A DNA stretch of 35,581 nucleotides from Chiloscyllium plagiosum (lineage: Eukaryota): the NCBI RefSeq assembly GCF_004010195.1, contig NW_025213737.1, forward strand, positions 1 through 35,581, in the 5' to 3' direction. Position numbers and translations under genes: made by a program. A model generated the notes under the pieces. The model searched no databases and was not told where the DNA came from. It worked only from the letters and a program-made list of their open reading frames with translations. This document shows, piece after piece, positions 1 to 12,009 of this stretch (its first letter is position 1; the number at the start of each line of letters is the position of its first letter).

Positions 1-269
1 CCAAAGAGACAATCGTTAAATAAAGAATAAATTGTATCATTTTATCTTTTGTTGTGGATTAGGCAGTCTCACATATTTGGGGTGACAGATACATTTTCCA
101 TGAACTAGAAAAGGGACCATAAGTAATGGTTGTTCATGCATTAAAGTCATAGGTGATAAATAGTCATAACGTCATGGGAGTCTGCCCTCTAGCTACAGGG
201 AAGGCATTGATATAACCGTTGCTAGAACCAACGCTGTGATTTTCCCTCCCTGGAAGTGGCAAGGAGGGA

Positions 270-375
270 AAATAACGGGACAAAAACAGAAACTGCTGGA
301 AAAGCTCAGCAGTTCTGACAGCAGCATGCCCAGTCGCTTGTGTTTTTGTTTCTGATTTACAGCATCTATCGTTCT
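270..375. mobile_element. Degenerate Penelope-like terminal-repeat hairpin remnant
   Basis: acaaaaacagaaactgctggaaaagctcagcag ... tgtttttgtttctgatttacagcatct forms an imperfect inverted repeat sharing the gctggaaaagc motif with the other PLE ends. Confidence 0.45.
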
Positions 376-737
376 TTAAGTTTTGAAAGAACGGAACGCG
401 TTGGCCTTGGGGAGAAACTCACCAACGGGCAAAAGGGCCCACTGGAGACTTTCCCAATCTACCAGCCGGTAAGGCCTTGAAGAGGTCAATTACCAATCAG
501 GTAAGGGCCTCAATTCCCCAACTCGCTCCTCACATGCCTCCCCAGCCAGATGAGAGGTAGATAGCTTCCTGGTTAAGAAGACAGGGTGATCCATCTGTGA
601 AGTGGGGCGGGGTTGGAGGATTCTAACTGCTCCATTATGGGGGGAATTGAGGCCCGAGTGATGACCCAGAGGAAGGCGCTTCTGCTTGATCTTGCTTCCA
701 ATTGTTCTGGCCCCCTCAGCCTGCAACCCTCAACCCC

Positions 738-925
738 TCAGAAGGGAAAATAAAAGAGGTACATTTTTTTTCTGATGAATCCCCTGAGGTGTAAGCTTCT
801 ACCAACTTCTCCCTGCGTTAGGGTGAGATACTTGTCTCTGTTCTGCCTGTCAGCTCCGAATGAGCTGATCGATCGGAAAATCTGGTGAGTTATCTCTGCA
901 GCGGGGATAGCATGTTCGTCACCAC
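738..925 (-). CDS. Candidate terminal coding exon (phase 1 entry): (G)GDEHAIPAAEITHQ...LRGFIRKKMYLFYFPF*
   Basis: Acceptor gatcattttttTAG|GTGGT. Open for 61 codons to TGA at 738-740, ending in a basic plus aromatic/hydrophobic tail loosely like the human MAJIN C-terminus (GFFGFLSSLFPF, recalled). Assignment to MAJIN is speculative. Confidence 0.35.
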
Positions 926-1477
926 CTAAAAAAATGATCCCCCACACTTCGAAAAAAAAAACCACGCTCATAGTTTAGTATTTACGATTCAGATTTGTCA
1001 AATTTGTCAAAGGATGGGCAAATAATAAAAGTCTGCACCTCGCATTTTTGACTAAGTTGATCTACGTTTTTGATGAACTGTTGGAATAAGTCGATACAAG
1101 TAATGCAGATAATGCTCTGGTTGGCAAAATACCACATAAAGTCCTTTTCAGCACAACTGATCGTTGCTGTTTTTATGCTCTATATTAGCCTCTTCCAAAT
1201 CCTTTCCATCCAACCTGATAATATGTCCTTCTCTTCCTTCCTCCTGCATGTGTTTGTCTTGACTCCCTTCTAATGCAATCATGCTATTTTCTTCTGCCAC
1301 TTCTCATGGTAGTGAGCTCCACACTCTCTGTGGAAAAAGATTTCTCCTGAATTCCACAGTGCATTTATTAGTAAATCTTATATTTACAGACCCTAGCTTT
1401 TTTTTTGCTGGGAACATCCTCTGTATGTCTACCTAATAAAATCTGGAGAATTGGCCTTTGAACAGGAAGATTAAAGA

Positions 1478-2179
1478 AAGAATCCCTACAGTGTAGAAAC
1501 AGGCTCTTTGGCCCAACCAGTCCACACCAACCCTCCGAAGAGTAACCAACCCAGACCCATTCTCCAAACCCATTACTCTACATTTCCCCTGACTAATGCA
1601 CCTCTGAACACTATAGGACAATTTAGCATGGCCAATCCACCTTAACCTGCACATCCCTGAGCACTATGGGACAATTTAGCACGGCCAATCCACCCTGACC
1701 TGCACATCCCTGGGCACTATAGGACAATTTAGTATGGCCAATCCACCTTAATCTGCACATCCGTGGGCACTATGGGACAATTTAGCACGGCCAATCCACC
1801 TTAACCTGCACATCCGTGGGCACTATGGGACAATTTAGCATGGCCAATCCACCCTAACCTGCACATCCCTCGGCACATGGTGCAATTTAGCTCGGCTAAT
1901 CCACCCTAACCTGCACATCCCTGGGCACTATGGGGCAATTTAGCACGGCCAATCCACCCTAACCTGCACATCCCTGGGCACTATGGGGCAATTTAGCATG
2001 GCCAATACACTGAACCGACACATCTTTGGATGGTTGGGGGAAACGGGAACACCCAGAGGAAACCCACGCAGACACGGGGAGAATGTGCAAACTCCACACA
2101 GACAGTCGCCCGAGACTGGAATCAAACCTGAGTCCTGATGCTGTGAGGCAGCAGTGCTAACCACTGAGCCACCGTGCCG
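1478..2179 (-). mobile_element. HE1/V-SINE-like tRNA-derived SINE with internal tandem expansion
   Basis: Reverse-complement head ggcacggtggctcagtggttagcactgctgcctcacagc, core tgtgtggagtttgcacattctccccgtg, and CR1-like tail gcctgtttctacactgtagggattct. Confidence 0.9.
1609..2029. repeat. Tandem array of 8 units of about 53 bp inside the SINE
   Basis: Unit cactatgggacaatttagcatggccaatccaccctaacctgcacatccctggg repeated head-to-tail with no spacers. Confidence 0.95.
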
Positions 2180-2707
2180 AAAGGTTTTATAGTGATGTTC
2201 AAATCTGTGAAGCAATTGGTAAATAAGGAGCTGTTTGTACTGGTAGGAGCGTTGGTAACCAGAAGACAGGAATTCATGTAATTGACATTGGAGTCAGAAG
2301 GCAGATGTGAATTCTATTAGGAAGTGAGTCATTATGATGTGGAACTAATTGACTAGTTCTTCGAAAATCCCAGCACAGACACAAGGAGCAAAATAGTGGT
2401 GTTGCAGAACACTACTAATAGGTAGGACAATAGATTCATTATTGAAACAATGCCCATGACATTTCCATGGATACAAATTTGTCAACAGGACAGAAAATGA
2501 TGGTGATTTTTATTCCAGAAAGTACAGTGATGATCCACACAGTTGACATTAGGACTACTCCACATTTCAACATCAGTTAAACGATCTGGACTTGAGAATA
2601 CAAGGCATAATTTAGAAGTTTGCAGATGAGATGAAACTTGAAAATGTAGTAAACAAAGACAGCATCCGACATGATTAGTTTAAATTAGATTACTTGCATT
2701 TTTTAAA

Positions 2708-3022
2708 GATTAGATTACCTATAGTGTGGAAACAGGCCCTTTGGCCCAACAAGTCCACACTGGCCCTCCGAAGAGCAACCCACCAAGGCCCATTCCCCTA
2801 CATTTACCCCTTCACCTAACACTACGGGCAATTTAGCACGGCCAATTCACCTAACCTGCACATCTTTGGACTGTGGGAGGAAACCGGAGCACCCGGAGGA
2901 AACTCACGCAGACACGGGGAGAATGTGCAAACTCCACACAGTCAGTCGCCTGAGGCGGGAATTGAACCCGGGTCTCTGGCGCTGTGAGGCAGCAGTGCTA
3001 ACCACTGTGCCACCGTGCTGCC
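2708..3022 (-). mobile_element. Full-length HE1/V-SINE-like SINE
   Basis: tRNA-like A/B boxes (tggcacagtggttagc; ggttcaattccc), conserved core, and tail ending in aatct repeats. Confidence 0.92.
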
Positions 3023-4269
3023 CACGGTGAGATCAGTGGCTTTATTAAAAGAAGTGGAGAGAGGAAAAACGATGGGGCAATTTAAATTCTCCTCACCACA
3101 CACGTTACGAATGATGACAAGGCCTTGGAGTGGGTACAGAAGAGATTTCCTGGATGTGATGAGGAATCAGAGAGTTCATGGAACTCTTCTGAGAGAGGAG
3201 GGATATTTTGGGAGCCTTGGTGTCGGTGGCAAAAATTATAAAGGGCTTTGATACTATAAATAAGGAGAAACCATTCCAGTGGCAAGAGGATTGGTAATTT
3301 AGAGGGTAGTTAACAAAAAGACCAACAAGAGGAACATGAGAAACCAAGAAAGTTTTTTTTTAGTTCGGTAAGTTGGAGAACCAAATAGAAAGCAGACTAT
3401 TTTGTTATCAGCATAGTTTATTGTGAAAGGGCTAGCAGATTTGACCTCCAATAGTGATTATAATATAATAGCAGTTACGTTCAGCTTAAAAGTGACTGGG
3501 GATTTAAATTTGAGGTTGAGTTAACTAAGGTAGATTAGAAAACCATATTGGAATACATGCAGTTAGACAAGCCACATTCCTTAATATTTAAGGAATTCAA
3601 TCATGATTTGTAACAAATATGCTTCCCTCTGAGCCACACAAAGACCTCACAGTAAAAGTGATCCAAGTGTGGCCAGCAAGCCGTAAGATATTATTGATCC
3701 AAAAAAGAGGCTTAAAATGTTACCAGAAAGATTAGTAATGCTGAAAGGCTACAGGATTTTACAATTCAGTAAAGCGGAGCAAGAACTTGATAAAGAGAAA
3801 ACAGAGAAGCAAGAGTGAGATGGCTCTGAGTCTGGTGAATTAATGGAAACCCAAGTGTCTAGCAAGAATGAGGAACTCAAAGAACCCTGTACAAGTAAAC
3901 ATACAGCGCTGGTGAGATCAGTGGTTTTCAAACAGGTGGTTGCAGAAATAGAGGATGCATTGATCTTTGACTTTAATCTTCCAGAATTAGATTCTAGACT
4001 GACAGATTGGGGGGGTAGCAAAAGTAACCCCATTATTTAAGGGAACAGGGACAGAGAAAACAGAAACTACAGGGCAGTTAGCCCACTATTAGTAGCAGGC
4101 AAAACTTATCTATTAATGTTAAGAATTGCCTATTAATAATGTGGCAACAAGACACTTGAAAATCATATGATTAGACAAAGTCAACACAGATTTATCAAAG
4201 GGAAGTTGTGTATACAAATCTATTAGTTTTTTTCTGAGGACGTAGCTAGTACGATGGATAAGATCAAAA

Positions 4270-4690
4270 CACCATGTGATACTGGGGCAGAATTAGGCCA
4301 TTCAGCCCATTGAGTCTGCTCTGCCATTCGATCATAGCTGATAGCTTTCAACCCCTGCCTTCTCTCAGTAACCCTTGATCTCCTTACTAATCAAGAACTT
4401 ATCTATCTTAAATATACTCAATGACATGGCCTCCACAGTCTTTTGCAGTAAGGAGTTCCACAGATTTGGCTGAAGAAATTGCTCCTCATCTCAGTTCTAA
4501 AGGAAGGGCCCTTCACTCTGAGACTGTGCCCTCAGGTCCTAGTCTCTCCTACTCGTGAAAACATCTCCTGCGTGTCCACTCTATCCCGGCCTCTCAGTAT
4601 TCCGTAAGTTTCGATCAGATCCCCCCACCCTTCATCCTTCTAAACTCCACTGAGTGCAGATCCAGAGTCCTCAACCAATTCTCCTATGGG
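4270..4690 (-). mobile_element. CR1-type LINE 3' fragment nested in the older CR1
   Basis: gcagaattaggccattcagcccattgagtctgct is the reverse complement of the CR1 tail seen at about 35520-35560. Confidence 0.8.
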
Positions 4691-5249
4691 GGTAAGCAGT
4701 GCATGGAGTGAGTCTAGATTTAAAAAATGACACTTAAGAAGGTATTACACAAGAGGCTATTGCAGAAAAATAGGACTTGGGACTGCGGATAATTTCATAA
4801 CATAGATTGAGAATTAGTTAACAGCGTTCGCTGGCTAAAGCTAGCAGACTGCTGCAAGGATCAGCATTTGGGCCTGAGCTATTTATAATAAATTTTATAT
4901 TCAATGACTTGGAGGAGGGGAACATCTTACAAGTTTACTGACAATACTAAGTTGGAAAAGGTGGGAATGAGCATAACAGATGGAATAGAATGTAATGAAT
5001 TAAGAAGTTTTCTACTTGGCTCGGAATAAAGGTAGAATTCTTTTGAATGGTGAGAAGTTCCCCTTGCAGATGGATGTGAGCATCCTTGTATGTGAATCAC
5101 AGAAAGTGTGCAACACTTAACACAACAATAAATTATGTTAGCTTGAGTTAGAAAGGGTTAGAAGTACAAAGGAGTCTTGCAGCAATTATACAGGATGTTG
5201 ATAAAGCCACATGGATTAATGTACGCAGTTTTGGTCTCTTTAGATTAGG

Positions 5250-5441
5250 TTACATCAGATTCCTTACAGTTTGGAAACAGGCACTTTGAACCAACCAGTC
5301 CACACCGACCCTCCGAAGAGTAACCCACGCAGAACCATTTCCCTCCTAACACTAGTGGGCAATTTAGCGTAGCCAATTCAGCTGACCTGCACATCTTTGG
5401 ATTGTGGGAGGAAACCGGAGCACACAGAGGAAACCCACGCA
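5250..5441 (-). mobile_element. 5'-truncated HE1/V-SINE-like SINE
   Basis: Tail and core (ctgcacatctttggattgtgggaggaaaccggagcac) present, head absent. Confidence 0.85.
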
Positions 5442-5544
5442 GTAAGGAAGAACTACTTGCCTTTGAGGAAGTTCTTCCAAAGTTAATTTGACTGGTTCCC
5501 TGAAATGAAGAGATTGTCTCAAGAGGGAAACACACTTGCACTTT

Positions 5545-5832
5545 CTCAAATACACACATACATACAGACACGGACACAGACACAGACACACACTCTCTCT
5601 CTCTCACATTCATACATTAATTATCTCTCTCTCATACACTCATACACTCTCTCTGTCTCTCTGACACACACACTCTCTCGCTCTGACACACACACACTCT
5701 CTCTCTGACACGCACTCTCTCTCTCTCTCACTCACTCTCTCACACACACACACACACACTCAGACACACATACACACACACACACAACACACACACACAC
5801 ACACACACAGACAGACAGACACACAGACACAC
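5545..5832. repeat. Compound (CT)n/(CA)n/(CAGA)n microsatellite
   Basis: Directly visible dinucleotide runs. Confidence 0.97.
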
Positions 5833-5940
5833 AAGGGGAATTATTTCATTCATGATTCTTTTCTGTCAAAAAAAACCTGACCTCAGCTTGTTAACGTTTT
5901 GCTTATAAATACTGTGTCTTATATCTCTCCATCATACCAT

Positions 5941-6227
5941 TCCTGAGGAAGGAGCTGAGTTCCGAAAGCTTGCAATTTCAAGCAAACCTGTTGGACTATA
6001 ACCTGGTGTCATCTGATTTTTGGGAGAAAGTGAGGACTGCAGGTGCTGAAGATCAGAGTCGAGAGTGTGGTGCTGGAAAAGCACAGCAGGTCAGACAGCA
6101 TCCGAGGAGGAGGAGAAACGACGTTTTGGACATAAGCCTGAATATTCCTGATGAAGGGCTTACGCCTGAAACCTCAATTCTCCTGTTCCTCAGATGCTGC
6201 CTGACCTGCGGTGTTTTTCCAACACAA
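5941..6227. mobile_element. Two abutting Penelope-like terminal repeats (family A end at 5941-6020; family B hairpin at 6021-6227) with degenerate hammerhead cores
   Basis: cctgaggaaggagctgagttccgaaagc (about 5942) and cctgatgaagggcttacgcctgaaacc (about 6147). Inverted arms gctggaaaagcacagcaggtcagacagcatc / gatgctgcctgacctgcggtgtttttcca. Confidence 0.8.
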
Positions 6228-6711
6228 TGTCTCCCTGGGCTTGTAAGTCTGGGATGCGGTGCCATAGTCTCAGACTGAGGGGCCAGCCATTTTGGCCTGT
6301 GATGGGAGAGGTTGTGAATCTCTGGAACTCTCTACACCAGAGACCTGTTGTGCTCAGTCGTTAAATACATTCAAGACCAGGATCAATAGATCTTTGGGTA
6401 CACAGGGAATGAAGGATATGGAGATAGTGTGAATAGATGGAGTTGAGGTAGAAGACCAGCTGTGATCTTGCTGAATTATGGAGCAGGATCATAGGGGTGA
6501 ATGGCTTCTTCCAACCCCTAATTTCTATATTTCTTCCTTCTGAAAGGGAAGATCAGGCATTTTTCTGTCATTAACCTTGTATTTTTATAGCCCCTTTCAT
6601 ACAGAAGCAGCTCCAAGCCCATCACACTACAAAGTACTATTTGGAAAGGTGTGGCTTCTTGTCAGTGAATATCAAGGATCATGTTGCAAAATTACAATTA
6701 CTTTTACTTAC

Positions 6712-6740
6712 ACAATCATTGAAATGGCATTCACCTGCAG
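6712..6740 (-). CDS. MAJIN: Candidate MAJIN micro-exon (29 bp, phase 1 to 0): (A)AGECHFNDC
   Basis: Strong acceptor ctgatttgtgtttcctttgtttcAG and consensus donor T|GTAAGT in non-repeat DNA. Open in the phase left by the 126-bp exon. No recognisable peptide similarity. Confidence 0.5.
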
Positions 6741-7439
6741 CTGAAACAAAGGAAACACAAATCAGTCAAGAAGTCACTCATCCCTGTTCAAAGTCAAGGA
6801 GATAAATGGCTTTCAATTTGTACTTTAAGACTTGAAAAAGTGAGTTTGTAAAACTTTTGAAAAACACATAATTGGAAACAAAATTGAGCATGGGTTATAA
6901 AATCGAACTATGAAGCTGATTGTATAACATTAAATCGATTGGAGCACCATTCCACTCCACAATGACCACCATCATTTTAAAAAAACCTGCATGAGGGGTA
7001 CTTTCCTTTTGTCCATAGCGTGATTTCTGGTCACACTTTTCTGTCAATATCTTTCACTCAGTTTTGTTATGTCAACAGTTCTGGACTCTAGACAGCACTT
7101 TCACAAAAGCTGTTGAAGCAAAGAGAGTAACGAAGGACTTGCACATTTATGCAATGCCTTTCACATCATCAGAACACCCTCAACAGTTTTTAAGTGTGTT
7201 CACACGCAATCCATCTATCCTCAAACTTTAAAGATTCAAGCACATCCTTTGAACTTTCATAAAAATTGTAGGGGGTCATTGGTGAAGTGGCATTAACTGC
7301 CCAATCCTAGTTGGCTTGAGAAAGTGGTCTGAGACTCCTTCTTGAACTTCTGCATGGTGCAGGTAGGTAGAGAGTTAGGTTCAGAGTTCCAACTTATCAA
7401 ATGAGCAACAATGATAGAACGGCAGGGTCTTGTTTTCGT

Positions 7440-7860
7440 AGAGTCATAGAGACGTACAGCACGGAAGCAGACCCTTCGGTCCAACTCGTCCATGCCGACC
7501 AGATATCCTAACCTAACTACCAGTACCCAGCCCATATCCCTCCAAACCCTTTCTATTCATTTAGCCATCCAGATGCCTTTTAAATGTTGCAATTGTACCA
7601 GCCTCCACCACTTCCTCTGGCAGCTCATTCCATACACGTACCACCCTCTGAGTGAAAAGGTTGCCTCTTTTATATCTTTCCCCTCTCACCCTAAACCTAT
7701 GCCCTCTAGTTCTGGACTTCCCCCACCCCAGGGAAAAGACTTTGTCTATTTATCCTATCCATGCCCCTCATGATATTATAAACCTTTATAAGGTCACACC
7801 TCAGCCTCCGACGCTCCAGGGAAAACAGCCCCAGCCTGTTCAGCCTCTCCCTACAGCTCA
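7440..7860 (-). mobile_element. CR1/HER1-like LINE 3' fragment
   Basis: Reverse complement reads gtgaccttataaaggtttataatatcatgaggggcatggatagg (RGDLIEVYKIM-like) and ends in the tail ggaccgaagggtctgcttccgtgctgtacgtctctatgactc. Confidence 0.88.
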
Positions 7861-7864
7861 TGTT

Positions 7865-8490
7865 GTGAAGATGACCTAATAACAATTATGACTGACATAG
7901 ATAGGTTAAATCAATGAGCAAAATTCTGGCAGGTGGTGAATAATGTGGGAAAATGTGATGTTGTTTACATTGGCAGGAAGGAAAAAGCAGAGTATTATAT
8001 AAATGGTGAACAACTGCAGAATTCCAAGGTGTAGAAAGATTTAGGTGGTTTAATGCATGAATTGCAAAGGATTAGGAGCAGATACATCAAGTGATTACTG
8101 GAATGCTATTCTTTACTATCATAGCAATTTGAACATAAATGTGAGGATGTTATGCTTCAGGTTATGGGGCACTAGTCAGAACACATCCCGAATACTGTGT
8201 GCAGTTTTGGTCTCATTACTGAAGTAAGAGAGTAAATGTGTTGGGCACAGTTCAGAGAAGGTTTACCAGAATGATACCTGGATTGAGCAAGTTGGTTTAT
8301 GAGGGAAGGTTGGACAAGCAGAGCAAGGTTTCACCTAAGTTTAGAAAAGTGAGGGGTGATTTGATTGCAGTTTATCAAATCCCAAACACTCGTAACATGG
8401 TGGACGTGGAAAAGATATTATTTATGTAGGTGAGTCCAGAGCTAAGGAATGCAGTCTTAAAATCTTTTAGGACAGAAATGAGGGAAATAT
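7865..8490 (+). mobile_element. Degenerate CR1 ORF2 C-terminal fragment
   Basis: ORF 8238..8429 contains VQRRFTRMIPGL...RGDLIAVYQI. Confidence 0.82.
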
Positions 8491-8734
8491 GTCACTTGAA
8501 TATGTTCAGTGACTAACTATGACGGTAACCAAATCTCAGAAGTAAAACTTATGGCCTATCAAGTCAGGTTTCACCACTGAGCCTGGCATCCAATATTACC
8601 ATCAGCTGGGACATAGCAACTTGCATCTTGCAACGTGAAATGTAAAAATAAAGTGTAATCTCACTTAATTCCAATAGCATAAGATTTCAAAAATTGCAAC
8701 GTGTACAGTTTAACATGCTGTTGTCATTGTTTCT

Positions 8735-9235
8735 AAGAACAAAGAAAATTATTACACAGGGACAAGCCCTTCGGCCCTACAAGCCTGTGCTGATCCAGAT
8801 CCTCTGCTGGCAATGTGTTCCAGGCACCTACCACCCTCTGCGTAAAGAACTTTCCACACAAATCTCCCCTAAACGTTTCCTCTCTCACTTTGAACTCGTG
8901 ACTCCTAGTAAGAGACCCCCCCCTGGGAAAAAACTTCTTGCAATCCACCCTGTCCATATTGTGGACCTCATGATTTTGTAGACCACAATCAGGTCCCCCC
9001 TCAACCTCCATCTTTCTAATAAAAACAATCCTAATCTACTCTACCACTCTTCATTGCTAGCACCCTCCATACCAGGCAACATCTTAGTGAACCCCCTCTG
9101 CACCCTCTCCAAAGCATCCACATCCTTTTGGTAATGTGGTGACCAGAACTGTACGCAGTATTCCAAATGTGGCCGAATCAAAGTCTTATACAACTGTAAC
9201 ATGACCTGCCAACTCTTGTACTCAATACCCCGTCT
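8735..9235 (-). mobile_element. CR1-type LINE 3' fragment
   Basis: ORF 8733..9011 contains TRSHEFKVR...FFTQRVVGAWNTLP, the typical CR1 ORF2 terminus. Confidence 0.88.
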
Positions 9236-9717
9236 GATTTTGAAATGTATTAACTGACAAATGTCATGCTCTCAAAAATTACAATAAAGAATTAGCAGAA
9301 GTCTCTCAATTATTGAGGGTTAAATTACTACTTAAAGTAACCAGAGGGTCCCAATTTCAATTCCCAGTCTGTGCTGAGTTGACACACATGTCTTAATCCC
9401 TAGGATGAAAACAACTGGTAAGAACAGAGAAATCAGTTGGACTGATGAATGGCTTGGTTCAAAAGAGAGAGGTCTTAAACGAACAAGCAGAGGGATTTAC
9501 AGAGAGAATTCCAGACCAATTGATCAAGGGACGAAAGGCAGAACAATCAGGAGTGAAGGGCTGGGGAGTTGGAGAAAATGGATAAAGCACAAGACATTTT
9601 AAAATTAAATGTTACCCAAGCAATCATACAGCTCCTTCCACAACAAAATCCTGATCCACCCGATCAGAAGCAGATGAGTGGGGGTAAAGGTGTAATGGGT
9701 TGGGTTCAATCAACAAT

Positions 9718-10225
9718 TGGCTGGGGCTGTTTTCCCTGGAGCGTCGGAGGAGTGATCTTATAGAAGTTTATAAAATCACGGGGGACATGCATCGGGTAAA
9801 TGGACAAAATCTTTTCCCTGGGGTGGGGGGAGTACAAAATTAGATGGCATGGGTTTAAAGTGAGAAGGGAAAGATTTAAAAGGGACCTAAGGGGCAACCT
9901 TATCACACAGAGGGTGGTGCATGTATGGAATGAGCTGCCAGGGGAAGTGGTGCAATTACAACATTTAAAAGGCATTTGGATGGGTATATGAATAGGAAGG
10001 GTTTAGAGGGATATTGGCCGGGTGCTGGCAAATGGGACTAGATTAATTTAGGATATCTGGTCAGCATGGATAAGTTGGAAGGAAGGGTCTGTTTCCATGC
10101 TGTACAGCTCTAAGAGCTCAGCATGCCTCCTTGCTTGCCCTATACAGCAGCTTTAAAAGGGACCTAAGGGGCAATTTTTTTCACACAGAGGGTGGTGAGT
10201 GTATGGAATGAGCTTCCACAGGAAG
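9718..10225 (+). mobile_element. CR1/HER1-like LINE 3' fragment with partial internal re-duplication at about 10150-10225
   Basis: ORF 9800..9991 contains FKVRRERFKRDLRGNLITQRVVHVWNELP. tttaaaagggacctaaggggcaa occurs at about 9875 and again at about 10152. Confidence 0.85.
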
Positions 10226-10414
10226 TGATGAGGCTTGGCTCCGGTCTGCCAAATAATCTCTTGGATGGACAATGATGCTTGGCAAGTAACAGAGGGAGAG
10301 GAAAATAAAAGTTAGAAAGGAAGCATTGAAAGCTAAGTAAAAGGGAATACATCTAATATTGTTTAATCCTGTAATCATACACTCTAAACATTTATTTTAA
10401 AGAAATGCATTTAC

Positions 10415-10540
10415 CTGCTAACGAATGCTGGTGATCTGACCTTAATTCAACATACAAGGTACAGACATACGGGTAAGAGATGAGGATTTTGTCACCTTGT
10501 TTAAACTGAAGTTCTGATAATCTTTCCCATTCATTTTTAT
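10415..10540 (-). CDS. MAJIN: MAJIN internal coding exon (126 bp, phase 1 to 1): (Y)KNEWERLSELQFKQGDKILISYPYVCTLYVELRSDHQHSLA
   Basis: Matches human MAJIN YKSKWERVSHLKFKHGEIILIPYPFVFTLYVEMK (recalled). The split codon T|AT rebuilds the conserved Tyr. Donor GCAG|GTAAAT; acceptor gtgtacaAG with a U12-like branch point. Confidence 0.93.
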
Positions 10541-10737
10541 CTTGTACACTGTTAAAGTGAAAACCATAAAGGAGAATCTGTTGCAAGCTGTCCCTTTGGC
10601 ATCAGTTATACTGAAATTAAATAAAAGGCATTCTAGCAAACTACACAGACATTACACAGCACACAATTATGAAAGAAAGGATTTGGTGCATTTATATTAG
10701 ACCTTTTACAACCTCAGGGTATTCCAAAGAATTTGGA

Positions 10738-11000
10738 CCATAAGACCACAAGATGTGGGAGCAGAAATTAGGCCATTCAGCCCATCGGGTTAGCTCCACC
10801 ATTCAATCATGGCTGATAAGTTTCTCAACTGCAGTCTCTCGCTTTCTCCCCCAAGGAGATCCCCTTGACACTCAAGAACCTGTCCATCTCAGACTTAAAT
10901 ATACTCAATGACCTGGCCTCCACAGCCTTCTGTGGCAGTGATAGATTCATCACTCTCCGGCTGAAGACATTTCTAAAAGGACTTCCTTTTACTCCAGGAA
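10738..11000 (-). mobile_element. CR1-type LINE 3' tail fragment
   Basis: ccataagaccacaagatgtgggagcagaaattaggccattcagccc, same family as 4270-4690 and 34790-35581. Confidence 0.8.
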
Positions 11001-11301
11001 TGAGTCACTTCTGAAGTCCAGTTACTAATGTATCGTAGGGAAACACGGCAAATGGTATGCACGCATTGAAGACCCTCAGGCAGCGCTGAAATAAATGACA
11101 GATAACTGATAGTAGTTAGTTGAGGAAGGACACCTAAAGGATATAGGAAGGCAGAGGCAACAAGAGTCACAGACATTAGAAAAATGGGAATAATCAGTGT
11201 AGAAAAGAATAGTTATTTAAAAGGGCAAATGGAAATACAGAGAATCACTAAGAGGATAGATGTAAAAAATTGGGGTAAACACTTTTTTTCCCATTGATTT
11301 G

Positions 11302-11620
11302 GGGCAGCATGGTGGCTCTGTGATTAGCACTGCTACCTCACAGCACCAGGGACCCGGGTTTGATTCCACCCTCGGGTCTGTGTGGAGTTTGCACATTCTC
11401 CCCATGTCTGGGTGTGTTTCCTCTGGGTGCTCCGGTTTCCTCCCACTGTCCAAAGATGTGCAGGTTAGGGTGAACTAGCCATGTTAATTTGCCCATATTG
11501 TTAGGTGCATTAGTGTGGGGTAAATATAGGGTGGGGGAATGGGTCTGGGTGGGTTACTGTTCGGTGTGGACTTGTTGGGCTGAAGGGCCTGTTTCCATAC
11601 TATAGAGAATCTAATCTAAT
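11302..11620 (+). mobile_element. Full-length HE1/V-SINE-like SINE
   Basis: gggcagcatggtggctctgtgattagc ... gggcctgtttccatactatagagaatctaatcta. Confidence 0.92.
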
Positions 11621-12009
11621 TCATACAAAACTATATCAAACTGAAGATTCAAAGGTAGAAGCTAAGTTTTTTTTTTAACAAAAGAATCATTCAGGTGTCA
11701 ATTGTAAAAAACAAAGAACTCCATGCACTGTGGACACCCAACAACATCGAAACAGACGTGAAACTGCAACTCTTGATGGCTGAATTGTACCAGAAATCCA
11801 CCATGTGCCATTTTGATGAGTCTCATGGTATATTTCTCTTTGTGAGGCCAGCAGGTTTCTAGCGCAAATGTTTCATACCCATCTCATTGCCTTATGCACC
11901 ATGCTCCCAAAGGTGACCTGCACATCCTATTCTGCCACTTGTCAGGACATGGCCGGGCCCTGATTGCTTGCACCTTGTTTGAAGCCCAGCCTTGACTTGA
12001 CTTGATTCT

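Larger units (their letters stand above)
3480..6530 (+). mobile_element. Old fragmented CR1-type LINE (ORF2 RT to 3' end) interrupted by younger insertions
   Basis: Degenerate RT motifs: aactacagggcagttagcc (NYRPVS-like), caacacagatttatcaaaggg (QHGF-like), aagtttactgacaatactaag (KFADDTK-like), gcagttttggtctc (QFWSP-like). Interrupted at about 4270-4690, 5250-5441, 5545-5832 and 5941-6227. Confidence 0.75.

Noticed and set aside
1609..2029. CRISPR-like regular repeat array
   Set aside because: Units are contiguous with no unique spacers, derive from SINE sequence, and the context is eukaryotic with no cas genes.
2940..3022. tRNA genes at SINE heads (also 11302, 20463, 30134)
   Set aside because: A/B boxes belong to tRNA-derived SINE heads that continue into SINE core and tail; they are not standalone tRNAs.
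6575..6630. Possible exon following the 29-bp micro-exon (ctttgtAG|TGTGATGGG...)
   Set aside because: Stop after 9 codons in the required phase, weak pyrimidine tract and no homology support.
8510..8530. taactatgac motif reminiscent of 28S rRNA near the R2 target site
   Set aside because: Only about 10 bp match and no flanking rRNA similarity, so it is likely chance.
10442..10639. ORF MLECLLFNFSITDAK... as the coding frame of the exon
   Set aside because: The overlapping frame matches MAJIN and fits the U12 splice sites. This frame stops before the donor.
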